IMG/VR virus record: IMGVR_UViG_3300044630_001076 | Reading direction: 5' to 3' (one strand) | DNA length: 64,000 nucleotides | From: an uncultured virus (IMG/VR IMGVR_UViG_3300044630_001076) | Taxonomy: Duplodnaviria > Heunggongvirae > Uroviricota > Caudoviricetes > Crassvirales | Part shown: positions 19,901 to 27,728 of the stretch, piece after piece | How the letters are laid out: the number at the start of each line of letters is the position of its first letter | How positions within the stretch are numbered: position 1 is the stretch's first letter | Translations under genes and position numbers: made by a program | Notes under the pieces: generated by a model | The model's database searches: none | Seen by the model: only the letters and a program-made list of their open reading frames with translations | Told to the model about the DNA's origin: nothing

Positions 19901-22529
19901 ACAAGCATATACTGGCGTAACAAATTCCGCAAAAGATGCAGGCTCTGGCATGAAAGCTCGCCCATTGTCATATGGTCTAATTGGACGTTTGGCTTATTTA
20001 AGAAAAATAACTACCAAAGGTTTAATGGGTAACCTATTAGGGGGAGTTGCTGCAATAGGTGATCTTTATAATAATTTATCTGCCATATATATATCAAAAA
20101 CGGAATCATTAATTACAGGATTATTCCGTAGCACAGGCATGGCAATTAAGTTCATGAAAAACTCTGGGTTTTCAGGCATAGTTAGGGGATTTGTTCAAGG
20201 AAAGAAAATCGCTAATGACTTTGCTAAAAAGTATGCAGATAAGTTTGAGAAATTAAAACCTAATGGCAAAGCATTTAATGATGCATCAAATGTTTTTGAA
20301 CGTGGTATTTTTGCTGACTTATCTAGAAACATTAAGAATGGTACTCCTGATCAAATTAAAACTGAGTTTGATCGTAGGATGAAACAATTACGATTAACTA
20401 TTGAAACACTTCGTGCAACCGGTAAAAAACAATTAGTTGATAAAGCTAATTTGTATGATGGTGTTTATCAAAAGGTTAAGAACGCTGAAAATATTGAGGA
20501 GGTTAAACTTAATATTGATCCTATTAATCAAGAAGCAGTAAAGGATTTTCAGGATATGTGGAGAAAATATTATTCTGAATTTAAAAAAATGGCTGCTGAT
20601 TATTACAATATAATATTGGATGAGGATGTTAATTACTCACCTGATATGTATGAAAAATTAGCAGAAGAATTATCTGATGATTTAATTACAAAGGGTGCAT
20701 TTAAAATGGCATTTGATGTGGTTAGCACAGAAGAAGTTGGCACATTAAAGAGAAACCAAAGAATAGATGGATTGCCTATAAGTGATAAAACTAAAGAAAT
20801 CAATCGTGTTAGAGATTATGATTTTGATTTCAATAATATCAATGCATTAGAGAAGACTCTTATTGATGTAAGAACAACTCCATATGTACAGCAATTTGAA
20901 GGCTATACTAACTCTCCATCATTTAAAGAAATCTTCCCTGATTTTGATGATAGACAGATGGTTAAAAAGCGTTTGAACTTTAATATTAATTCTTTGCGTG
21001 AAAGACAAGATACTTATTCATCTGATACAGCAAGAAAGATTAATAGATTTGTTACTGCATTAAGTAAATACGGAACACGTATTGGATTAGGATCATTATC
21101 GGCAGCTCCTAAGCAATCTATACCAATGATGGGTAATACCATGATTAATTTAATAAATGATTTAGGTAGCTTTGGAATGGGTGTCGCTGATTTTTGGAAT
21201 AAAGATGCGATGGATTTCTTGGAGAATTCAGGATATGGTATATCGCTACGTGGTGCTGAATCTCAAACATCAATTGACTTTGCTGAAAAATTAATTGATC
21301 GAGCCAACCAAGGAAAAGTAGGTGATCTTAGTGAATCATTATCCAAATTAGGCGATATGTACATCGAGAAGTTCTTAAAGAATCCCGATGTTACAGTTGC
21401 TAATATGGCTTGGCTTGCTTATTACCGAAATAAGTTGAAGTCAATGGGTGTTGACATGAACACATTTGACTGGAAGAATCATGAGCTTAATGAGGAGGCG
21501 GCAGACTATGCTGAATTTAAAGTTCAGGATCAGCAGAACATGAATATCTCTGAGTTGGGAGGTAAGTTACTAGCATCAAAAGATGCTACGACTAAAACTA
21601 TTCGTCAGTTATTATTTCCATTTGCATCTTATCAATTTAACTTAAAAGATAAGAACAATAGAAATATTACAATGCTTACTTCTAAGACATCAACTAATCA
21701 GGAGAAAGTAAATGCAGCTAAATCATTAGCAGCTGGACTTGTGGAATCATATATGTTCCAAACTATTCAAGCATCAATAGGGGTTCTATTGTTAAAAGCA
21801 GCATATGCAGCTATAGGATACGAAGAGCCGGAGGAGGAGAAAACAACTGGAATATGGGATGCTATTAAAAAGGCAATGCCATTTGTAAGAACTACATCGC
21901 CTACCGAAAAGTTCAACGATTCTATATTTGTAGGTAAGAGTATATTTGAATTTGTGGCTCCAATACCACCACAACTTGAATATCTAACTATGCTTGGACT
22001 GAACGATTTATTAGATGTAATCGAAGGTGGTACTCCTGAAGAACAATTGAAGGAAAAGAAAAAGAAAGAAAAAGAATCTGAAATTTCTGTTACAGGACGT
22101 AAAATTAAAAAAAGAAGAAAATTAGCATTTGGACAAATCCCAGAGGATAAGGAAGCGATAAAAATAAAAGAAAAAATGGAACAACCATTTAGATTCTTTG
22201 CTAGAGAAGAACTTCCTTATACTCAAGTAATAGGTGACATTGTAGGTGGTGTTCCTGCTGTAGGTTTAGAGGCACTTCTTGATTTTAAGTCTCGTACAAA
22301 TGAAGCATATAGCGGATCATTTAAAGATAAGTATGGTGAATATGAGTATTCTGAAGAGCAAAAGAAAATACTTAAGCAATCTTTAATACCAAGAGCTATG
22401 GTTGCTTTCAACATAGCACCACGTGAATTCTTAACCATATCTAACAATATTGTTAAGGCAGTCAACAAGAAGGCTAAAGAGGATGCTAAAGAAAAGAAGA
22501 AACAGGAAACAAAAAAGTTTAGATTCTAA
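13998..22529 (+). CDS. Giant polyvalent ejection protein with zincin-like metallopeptidase domain
   Basis: 2843 aa; VAHEIAHG...HEEFLAEL (HExxH + E); modular, long helical C-terminus; last gene of the structural operon. Confidence 0.75.
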   Translation: MPDQLPVPSAEEAKKFKSSASSSGSTGGSSLPVPSAADIQKFKSSTAQKKNPIPAAGASASVVTKPSSVSNQPAKPAPSASSSAAPKPVSVIPGKSQGKLLMVQPKKTAGEAALEASEAKRDVFSPNFYGGPATKKQPTQAPAPKKVGALEDIGNTFMSSVNRFASGIAGIPNMGQQAALMLATKMYGIDDEYNALPVAAKKELGNVLSAVSVGSSIPSPALSRQAQEYFIKKSDEFLENTNKSDKFLNERIGDFYKAPSVEKATDLFLEIPKGFAGSLPYMINPMAGAVSAASEQYNKDIQEADGKLGWGQLLNAGVTGVSEFYIERLSNQILNKSIKQAINSPKVAKDLAEGFVKSVLKDVGMEGAGEGLTEFVQSVSDDITKGRDIDWVKTANQTLDAAITGSGIAGGMRTTGAGVGYLSKKVMSAVDKKKLDKNTAAIMDLNTKKGPDNSPEVNAVINSKINELNDQNKNIINSNVDKVKSLSDAQIQEIVKIDSDIQTINKNRDAIVADPNLNDTEKQSLLDHLRSQAATLTERKTAVENQKALTAESFPKPDEFGTVTFEFPSEKDIPSELKGLTPTGRGSASDEKGNRKIFLSFSQEQIDPIIDAIQKQTTSQVPVQPEAGTSLQVAEGEPQAEPQVPTQEGQREEIERRRQEELSPYASQTTVSEETFEGLDPEGNPVVYVVRTMADGSRQVRLQLTTDGKVETFPIGKAGKDITFSNAELIEKSYASEPKSISINNNPINPTKINKINEKYDAELAALEQPTTQEGQGQEVTPTEEEFVYETNPENKNQWVGDFEIIDNRGGKADLEINGREGNWYVANNVTGRLMMARSKSDAQNIINDADSYDFGQGETFTRPVQAQPVQKTAPVSKIGEVTDEGAKQEKINLDEEVSLLEQLLEQEETAPTQSAGISISSDTDIEELRNRSQSRSQKATTQEEKDSANTRVKIIDTAKKAIKTLKSIFPDVDIVIHDDEGSYNAAMSEVNGVSGSRGNFFIDTTPDGKTTGRIDINLTKANSRTVAHEIAHGILLKTFGDNKNLFNDFRTRLSKVIKSDVNQQLNDFANQYVDPATGELLDVNHEEFLAELTGILQQQETKVSVTTMQKLAALINEFVSKITNGKFKPFEDTKNTKDVVDFFNNISSTIREGGEIQELNGGGEVGTFNFTSRSSLDAKEAPSVANDSRSFIRDLVEDVDMIDFNGRKFVTNMYDYTTAGTTDLGNGLTINMLGGKNYVPYMMSLQDKKIGDVSNLAAFNTKAQAESFARNAINGDASLFAPHSGTLSESWQFQQHTFAELVNLILDKNIMSNTELIDLFNKTISSEASKKAFNAFKSKYGKNISNFNSFKNNPKKIVELLDIKNNYSPNLRKALNNAISADKTFQKAIGVKNKEEFFKRIMDPLNDGVQGGEIINLVEFDPKTFQIVQTKPGSLDHHPSFGWAILSKINGIYQPTKFYQSSNVTESYVKYNKSGEQVSRKAEESNFDKKNVSSSAGSIPKVAEFIEQSEVKSRSQLPSNDAQKIVNLGRANGFSDQAISNVLEKRGFTQGAIDIALGNKPFSAEEGAPTVPFTKEEKKSPLSSIPGYERMMGEVDGIIEKSFKRGVSFDKTMDNAMQYMSKSKVYEDANDTQREEMVREVRKMFNKKEKKAPSVKKLGLKEPAKKTLVDTKKLLDERLVEIDQSIKEGQRNFKQAVKEMATEIKAMLPKGMFSKAQVSTITNALATNLLNPKLREAAIEKVNRIVNNVEYATKLKNAYDIKAAIRKTLKTGKEIIDVEKTVRNFLKIDPRLVSDLEQYVERANEVFEAIRNVRVKGDDVIGRSAMILADINAYADKQNEIQDEINKNSLLDRYDNLVQEGKISGDMSLNDIKKYIASIEEDPKKANAKKSEKVREFTKEAFADLSDTVKQMIEDGEIDKEDVDFDMVSKFADMDIEALTIDQQLNAVDSLDNFVVNGVTSRMGAILQAYTGVTNSAKDAGSGMKARPLSYGLIGRLAYLRKITTKGLMGNLLGGVAAIGDLYNNLSAIYISKTESLITGLFRSTGMAIKFMKNSGFSGIVRGFVQGKKIANDFAKKYADKFEKLKPNGKAFNDASNVFERGIFADLSRNIKNGTPDQIKTEFDRRMKQLRLTIETLRATGKKQLVDKANLYDGVYQKVKNAENIEEVKLNIDPINQEAVKDFQDMWRKYYSEFKKMAADYYNIILDEDVNYSPDMYEKLAEELSDDLITKGAFKMAFDVVSTEEVGTLKRNQRIDGLPISDKTKEINRVRDYDFDFNNINALEKTLIDVRTTPYVQQFEGYTNSPSFKEIFPDFDDRQMVKKRLNFNINSLRERQDTYSSDTARKINRFVTALSKYGTRIGLGSLSAAPKQSIPMMGNTMINLINDLGSFGMGVADFWNKDAMDFLENSGYGISLRGAESQTSIDFAEKLIDRANQGKVGDLSESLSKLGDMYIEKFLKNPDVTVANMAWLAYYRNKLKSMGVDMNTFDWKNHELNEEAADYAEFKVQDQQNMNISELGGKLLASKDATTKTIRQLLFPFASYQFNLKDKNNRNITMLTSKTSTNQEKVNAAKSLAAGLVESYMFQTIQASIGVLLLKAAYAAIGYEEPEEEKTTGIWDAIKKAMPFVRTTSPTEKFNDSIFVGKSIFEFVAPIPPQLEYLTMLGLNDLLDVIEGGTPEEQLKEKKKKEKESEISVTGRKIKKRRKLAFGQIPEDKEAIKIKEKMEQPFRFFAREELPYTQVIGDIVGGVPAVGLEALLDFKSRTNEAYSGSFKDKYGEYEYSEEQKKILKQSLIPRAMVAFNIAPREFLTISNNIVKAVNKKAKEDAKEKKKQETKKFRF
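15829..15960 (+). CDS. Nested +1-frame 43-aa basic protein (MPFKSKQQVKYLYSQKPELASKWRKENPKQNLKSLPKKVKGKK)
   Basis: Read manually ATG 15829 to TAG 15960. Resembles small stand-alone phage MPFKS proteins as I recall them. Its duplicated 3' end differs only at sites synonymous in this frame. Confidence 0.6.
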   Translation: MPFKSKQQVKYLYSQKPELASKWRKENPKQNLKSLPKKVKGKK

Positions 22530-22533
22530 AATA

Positions 22534-22560
22534 AAAATGGGGACCAGAAGTCCCCTTTTT
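22534..22560. terminator. Bidirectional terminator between convergent modules
   Basis: A-tract, GGGGAC-CAGAA-GTCCCC hairpin, then TTTTT. Confidence 0.8.
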
Positions 22561-22590
22561 AAATTAGTTATCAACCTTAAACAAAATGTA

Positions 22591-22944
22591 TTATGAAAGA
22601 AAACGCAACTTGTAAAGTGTAGTATTAATTAACTCTAGAATATTGTCAACCAACTGCTGAAGGTATCCTTCAGTAAGCGTACCACGATATTTCTCAATCT
22701 CAGCAGCTTTACCTTTTAAGTAAGAAACCATATCTACTCCTTCAACAATCTTAAAACTTTTGTATCCTTTAACGATACCGTACTCTCCCTGGTATGCCTC
22801 AGCATATGCATCGAGTTGATCCTCTAGGCCATCATATAATTCTCCTAGTGCTTTGTGTTCAGCAAATGAACTTGTCTGAAGGTGAGCGATATGAGACACA
22901 ACTGTGATTTCAAATAGTGAGCTTAAAAATTCTCCGCAATTCAT
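22591..22944 (-). CDS. Ferritin/Dps-like four-helix protein (DUF5856-like)
   Basis: HIAHLQT.SFAEHKALGELYD...D.YAEAYQG...TLYKLRFL. Confidence 0.7.
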   Translation of the reverse strand: MNCGEFLSSLFEITVVSHIAHLQTSSFAEHKALGELYDGLEDQLDAYAEAYQGEYGIVKGYKSFKIVEGVDMVSYLKGKAAEIEKYRGTLTEGYLQQLVDNILELINTTLYKLRFLS

Positions 22945-23162
22945 TAGTCTATTATTTTAGAAATGAAACTTCTTTCAATGATATCCTCTCTGTTCTTTTT
23001 AGCACGAACAATAGCATTGTTCAACTCAACATTAGATAACATTAATGGAATTTCAGTTCCTGAAATCTCACTCTTAACCCAAACAAAATGATAATTCTCA
23101 AGCTCTGAGGATTTCTTATTTTTGTTATTAATGTAATGTAAGTGTCCTGTTCTTGTTTTCAT
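22944..23162 (-). CDS. Hypothetical protein
   Basis: 72-aa ORF; TAACTTTG -7 motif at 23167-23174 on the minus strand. Confidence 0.6.
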   Translation of the reverse strand: MKTRTGHLHYINNKNKKSSELENYHFVWVKSEISGTEIPLMLSNVELNNAIVRAKKNREDIIERSFISKIID

Positions 23163-23171
23163 ATAGCAAAG

Positions 23172-24368
23172 TTACAATTTCTTTTTTAAATCAAAGTAAT
23201 AATCTGTATGGGATATCTCTCCGCTAAATTTTGGAATAGTCTGAATAGAATACCCACTATAGCAGTCCCCGAAATTATGAGATACCCAGGCAGATGGAGG
23301 TGCAAAGGTCATATAGTTTCGATAGTCAAATTTCTTTGTCCGATCGTAACCTATCCTATGCAAGTCACCTTTCTCGACATGGATGTATTTTGTGTTTATG
23401 TTGTAATGATCAATATAATCATTAATGAATGATATAGCCTTGTCATTTAGATTGTATGGCAAACCCTTGAACATATGCTTGGCATCCTTACCGTGCGTTA
23501 AGATAAACGTGTGGTCACCATATTGGAAGTGCTCCATGAACCTATTAAGGATATGGAACTTAACATCTTTATCTGAATACGTACGATTAAGTAGCATCTG
23601 TATGGTCATATTCGCAATAGATGCGAACGATCCACTATGGTTATCATTTGCTACATTCCGAACAATAACCTCGTTAGCAATGCCAGCTCGTATGCAATTC
23701 TCGATAAGAGCCAATTTACCTTCAACAAAAACTCTAAACATTTCTTCATTTGACATATTCTGATCTAAAGGATGACCGCCTCGAGTAGTATGGCCGTTCC
23801 AACCATCAAGACCATCGCCAAGATCATCAATGACAAGTATATCAAATCTTCCTTGATTATCATATTCCTTACAGAGCGAATTAAATACTTTGTCAAGGTT
23901 TTGTTTGAAAATGGCTTCATTATACTCATATGCAAATAGTGATGTCCCTCCCGGGTTAGGCTCCAAGCCAACGTGCATATCTGACACGGTTGCTTTAATT
24001 GCCACAGGAGAGTTGATTTTAATTTTCGGGATAGATTGTATCTTCTCTGGATTATAGTTGCTGACGATGTCACGAATGACGTCTACCATAGCTTCCGCTT
24101 GTTCGTTGTCAGAAACTTTTACAAATGCCGAATGTGTTTTTGTTTTTACCCAGTAATGAGTTACGTTTGTTGCAGGTGCACCCACGTTATCACACTCATC
24201 TTTTAGTCCTGAGTGTTCTGATTCAATAATCTTTCTTGAGATTCTTTTGCGTAAAGTCTCAATGTCTGAGTCGAGATTAAACTTTGTTTTGACTTCCCTA
24301 GCAATCTGAGACTTAGAGCGTGTCCCTTCTTGGTACAACTCTAGAGCGTACTTGATGTAATCTGTCAT
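23172..24368 (-). CDS. Calcineurin-like metallophosphoesterase with N-terminal HTH-like region
   Basis: SDMHVG, DLGDGLDG, NDNH, THG and GDLH motifs. Confidence 0.75.
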   Translation of the reverse strand: MTDYIKYALELYQEGTRSKSQIAREVKTKFNLDSDIETLRKRISRKIIESEHSGLKDECDNVGAPATNVTHYWVKTKTHSAFVKVSDNEQAEAMVDVIRDIVSNYNPEKIQSIPKIKINSPVAIKATVSDMHVGLEPNPGGTSLFAYEYNEAIFKQNLDKVFNSLCKEYDNQGRFDILVIDDLGDGLDGWNGHTTRGGHPLDQNMSNEEMFRVFVEGKLALIENCIRAGIANEVIVRNVANDNHSGSFASIANMTIQMLLNRTYSDKDVKFHILNRFMEHFQYGDHTFILTHGKDAKHMFKGLPYNLNDKAISFINDYIDHYNINTKYIHVEKGDLHRIGYDRTKKFDYRNYMTFAPPSAWVSHNFGDCYSGYSIQTIPKFSGEISHTDYYFDLKKKL

Positions 24369-24522
24369 TTTGTAGTTTGGTTAAATATTCGATTAGAATT
24401 TGGGTTGAGTCGTAGAGATCCTCGTACTCTTTGTCGATTAGAGATTCATAAATTTCATCAGTTAGTTTGTTGATGAAATTCATTGTTGTATTTGTGAAAT
24501 CTATATGTTCTTTATCCTTCAT
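24313..24522 (-). CDS. Hypothetical protein
   Basis: Start moved to MKDKEH (24522) because the longer ORF runs through a terminator. Confidence 0.55.
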   Translation of the reverse strand: MKDKEHIDFTNTTMNFINKLTDEIYESLIDKEYEDLYDSTQILIEYLTKLQNDRLHQVRSRVVPRRDTL

Positions 24523-24527
24523 TAAGC

Positions 24528-24571
24528 AAAAAAAAATAGGGAGACTGCAAACGAAAAAACCAGCCTCCCTA
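24528..24571 (-). terminator. Intrinsic terminator (minus strand)
   Basis: TAGGGAGGCTG...CAGTCTCCCTA followed by T9 on the minus strand. Confidence 0.75.
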
Positions 24572-24718
24572 ACTAATCGCATTTAACCCAGATAAATTTA
24601 ACAAATAAAATAATAAGTTGTATACCTATATGGGTATAAATATTAAAATTTCACAAGTTTTATACCTTTTAAGGTACAAAATGAGGAGTAAGCAGTTCTT
24701 ACGGTTTGTTTACCCCTA

Positions 24719-24859
24719 CTATTGAATGCTTACAATAAACTCTAACGTCTCAATAATCTCATCAATACTCATACCTGTAGTGAGTATATCAAACTCGGCA
24801 ACGTATCCATTCTCGTGAACTACACGAAAGTAAATACTACTTCTTTTTGCTTTGGACAT
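24719..24859 (-). CDS. Small hypothetical protein (46 aa, MSKAKRSSIYFRVVHENG...)
   Basis: Read manually; overlaps the end of the upstream gene and fills the gap. Confidence 0.5.
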   Translation of the reverse strand: MSKAKRSSIYFRVVHENGYVAEFDILTTGMSIDEIIETLEFIVSIQ

Positions 24860-25121
24860 TTCTTGCAGCGAGCATAAACTCAGTTAAAGATTGTATATCA
24901 TCAAAATAATACTCATCGTAATCGAACAACTCAACCTTCCATTTGGAATTAATAACATCGTCATTCGCATTGGAAATTAGGCATGGCCCATCACCACCAA
25001 ACAAATTTACAATATAATAGTAAAAGTCATTCTCCCCTCCATGCTCCTCTTTGCTTACAAATATTAACTTGAAGTCAAGGTCTATCAGATCTTGTTCTTC
25101 TATTTCACGTTTTCCTATCAT
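24837..25121 (-). CDS. Hypothetical protein
   Basis: 94-aa ORF, coupled to its neighbours. Confidence 0.6.
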   Translation of the reverse strand: MIGKREIEEQDLIDLDFKLIFVSKEEHGGENDFYYYIVNLFGGDGPCLISNANDDVINSKWKVELFDYDEYYFDDIQSLTEFMLAARNVQSKKK

Positions 25122-25471
25122 TCTATTCCGTATGTTTTTAGTAGAATATTTAGTTGCGTATCAAATCCCTGTACTTTAACCGGGTCTAACTCTTGAAGTT
25201 TCAACCCAATACGAAAGAACTCCATCATTCTCTCAGCCGCCTCAACGTGCTGATCGACTGCCTTGTCCCAGTCTGGCTTATCGCAATCCTCCATCGGAAG
25301 GATTTTAGATATCTGCTTATTAATCGTGCGTGTAAGCTCCCACGTTCTCTCCTTGATAATAGGCTTATCAAATGGCCGAGCCTTGAAGTCAAGGTCATCA
25401 GCCATCTCATAAGTTACCTGGAGTAATGCTAAGAACGTGAGCGTTTTTTCTTTCTCAGTCTTGGTTAGCAT
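25118..25471 (-). CDS. Hypothetical protein
   Basis: 117-aa ORF in an operon-like run. Confidence 0.6.
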   Translation of the reverse strand: MLTKTEKEKTLTFLALLQVTYEMADDLDFKARPFDKPIIKERTWELTRTINKQISKILPMEDCDKPDWDKAVDQHVEAAERMMEFFRIGLKLQELDPVKVQGFDTQLNILLKTYGIE

Positions 25472-25682
25472 ATTTCTCTAGGAGTTTATCAAACTGAGCT
25501 TTAGTAATTTTAACGTGCTTCCTTCTGATGAAGAATGCTTCGATGCGGTCAGTTGCTGCCCCAAGGCACCATCTCTTTACACCTTCTTTGGTGTAGTGGT
25601 CATGGTACAATCGGTCATAGTTAATCTCGATTGCTTCGTTACCATCTTCGGTTTTGTAATAGATTAAATGGGCTTTTTTCAT
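25455..25682 (-). CDS. Hypothetical protein
   Basis: 75-aa ORF with overlapping start/stop codons. Confidence 0.55.
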   Translation of the reverse strand: MKKAHLIYYKTEDGNEAIEINYDRLYHDHYTKEGVKRWCLGAATDRIEAFFIRRKHVKITKAQFDKLLEKYANQD

Positions 25683-26005
25683 AATAGACTATAGTTAAGT
25701 AAAATTCTTTTGTTTTCGTTATTTTTAATTATTTGATTACCAGCTAATACATTATCAAGGAACTCATCGATATCAATCTTTTCTAACTCATCAATAACAA
25801 ACATATCCCTTTCTATATCATCATCTAGTTCAATAACACCTTTACCGACATTCATCTTAAAGTATTCTGGTGCTTCGCCTACGATGGCAAATACAATAGT
25901 TCTTTCTTCATCGAACTCATTGTCAAAATGGATTATCGCATCCATAACCTGATCCATCTTATCATCATTGAAAGATTTGACCCATTTAAAAAGACTAGAT
26001 GACAT
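25679..26005 (-). CDS. Hypothetical acidic protein
   Basis: Likely start MSSSLFKW at 26005; the upstream extension overlaps the VRR-NUC gene. Confidence 0.55.
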   Translation of the reverse strand: MSSSLFKWVKSFNDDKMDQVMDAIIHFDNEFDEERTIVFAIVGEAPEYFKMNVGKGVIELDDDIERDMFVIDELEKIDIDEFLDNVLAGNQIIKNNENKRILLNYSLL

Positions 26006-26261
26006 CGCTATCAATTCTGTCTCCTCTAAAAACTTCAGTTCTAAATCCATGTTCTTGTAATTCTTTGAGTCTAAATTCCTGTAATTTTGATAACCTACCT
26101 GTAGGTGTTTTGACTTCGGAGAATAAGACTCCCTTGTCAGGGTGAAGAGCCAAGATATCAGGAAGGCCATTCTTGTTTGCCTTGATAATCTTGATGACAT
26201 AGTATCCTTCTGATTCAAGTTGTTTGATTCGTTTAGATTGGATTTGCTGTTCGGTTGCCAT
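25995..26261 (-). CDS. VRR-NUC domain nuclease / resolvase
   Basis: TEQQIQ...GLPDIL...FSEVK...GRLSKLQ. Confidence 0.85.
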   Translation of the reverse strand: MATEQQIQSKRIKQLESEGYYVIKIIKANKNGLPDILALHPDKGVLFSEVKTPTGRLSKLQEFRLKELQEHGFRTEVFRGDRIDSDVI

Positions 26262-26279
26262 TGCTCTGCTAAGATAAAA

Positions 26280-27728
26280 TTACTTATTTATATATGCAAA
26301 TATATGAGCAATTACATCTACCGTCCACCCATTTCCGAGCATCTTATATCGCTGTGCATTTGACACATGAGCAGTATAATTGTCCTTTACCGTCTGCAAA
26401 CGCTCGCATTCTACCGGTGTAAGTTTTCTGATCCTAGAAGAATTAATCATTAAGTCCGACTTATCTTTGCACAATGCTGGAGATATACCTTCGGTATCAT
26501 ACACCCTGTTTTGTTGGTAAGGCTGTGTGCCATTGTTACTTTCTCCGGATTGATTAAGTTGCCTAACCTCTCTAACCAATTGACCACAAGACTCATCCTC
26601 TCTTGCTCTTGCTGCCAAAGTTCCTGACTTCCCATTCTTTCGATCACGGAATCCTTCATCGGTTCTATAGTCACATCCAACAACCACTAAATTATCTTTT
26701 TGTACTGTCGTTAAACAATTAGTCTTATTGTCATTTCTTGGCTCTAGTTGTTGAATGTTTTTCCCATTTTCATCTGGTCTTCCTCTCATTGCAACAATCT
26801 CAACTGCCTGGCAGTTAATTGTATCCAAGCAATATGTCTTGCCATCTGCTCTTGATAAAGGACCAGCACCACCTGCGTTCTTGTTGTTCTTTAAAGATGG
26901 TCTATCTGGACTACGTCTTTGTAATGAGTGAACAATATGTGTATGTCCTCCAGCATCCGTACGAGTAGACAATGTGACCGATTTTTCGGTATGTATACTT
27001 TGATTATAACAATCAAGCATTGTTCCTTCAACTAAATCATCGTGAGCTCCTGTTAGTTGCTTAAGTCTTCTATTGGTCTCAACACTAACATAATACTTAT
27101 GGTCTACCTCAGGCTCTAATACATCTTTTAATAGTATGCCACGATCCTCAGGTTGTTGTATACCACACTTAAGTTCACCAAACAATCCTTCTTTAACTGC
27201 ACCAATATTTGTCCAATACAAACGCTTACGATTCTGAGCAGATAGTAAAGCCGAGTTAATCATAATGGGATCGATACCAATTGCTCCAGTTAAAACTTCC
27301 TTCCATTTCTGAGACATCATTACATTCTCCAATAGAAAGTATGTTGGCTTTACTTCATTAAGAAGTCTCATATATTCCCAAAACAAATAAGACTGACCTT
27401 CAAACTCAAATCCCTCATCCTTTAATCGCAGGTAGTGGTTAAGAGTTAATATATCTTGGCTATCTTTTGTTGACATACCTTTACGCTTGCCAGCAAAACT
27501 AAACGATTGGCAAGGTGATCCACCAATAAGTAAATCAATCTTAGGAAGGTCTGATCCCTTCACATCAACCACGGATCCGAGTTGTATTGTATCCGGGTAG
27601 TTTGCCATTGTTACTTGTATGGCATACTTATCAATCTCAGAAGCGAAGTACTTGTCGACTTTTATTCCTGCTCTTTCTAGAGCTTGTTGTCCACAGGACA
27701 TCCCATCAAATAGGCTTAGTACATTCAT
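26280..27728 (-). CDS. DNA (cytosine-5) methyltransferase with long variable region
   Basis: LSLFDG, GGSPCQ, LLENV, QNRKRLYW, RKLTPVECERLQ and YKMLGNG motifs. Confidence 0.92.
   Translation of the reverse strand: MNVLSLFDGMSCGQQALERAGIKVDKYFASEIDKYAIQVTMANYPDTIQLGSVVDVKGSDLPKIDLLIGGSPCQSFSFAGKRKGMSTKDSQDILTLNHYLRLKDEGFEFEGQSYLFWEYMRLLNEVKPTYFLLENVMMSQKWKEVLTGAIGIDPIMINSALLSAQNRKRLYWTNIGAVKEGLFGELKCGIQQPEDRGILLKDVLEPEVDHKYYVSVETNRRLKQLTGAHDDLVEGTMLDCYNQSIHTEKSVTLSTRTDAGGHTHIVHSLQRRSPDRPSLKNNKNAGGAGPLSRADGKTYCLDTINCQAVEIVAMRGRPDENGKNIQQLEPRNDNKTNCLTTVQKDNLVVVGCDYRTDEGFRDRKNGKSGTLAARAREDESCGQLVREVRQLNQSGESNNGTQPYQQNRVYDTEGISPALCKDKSDLMINSSRIRKLTPVECERLQTVKDNYTAHVSNAQRYKMLGNGWTVDVIAHIFAYINK

Noticed and set aside
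20814..20828. DYDFD in the giant protein as a crAss-type virion RNA polymerase DxDxD motif
   Set aside because: Lies in a helical region without recognisable double-psi-barrel context; treated as chance unless a structure search says otherwise.
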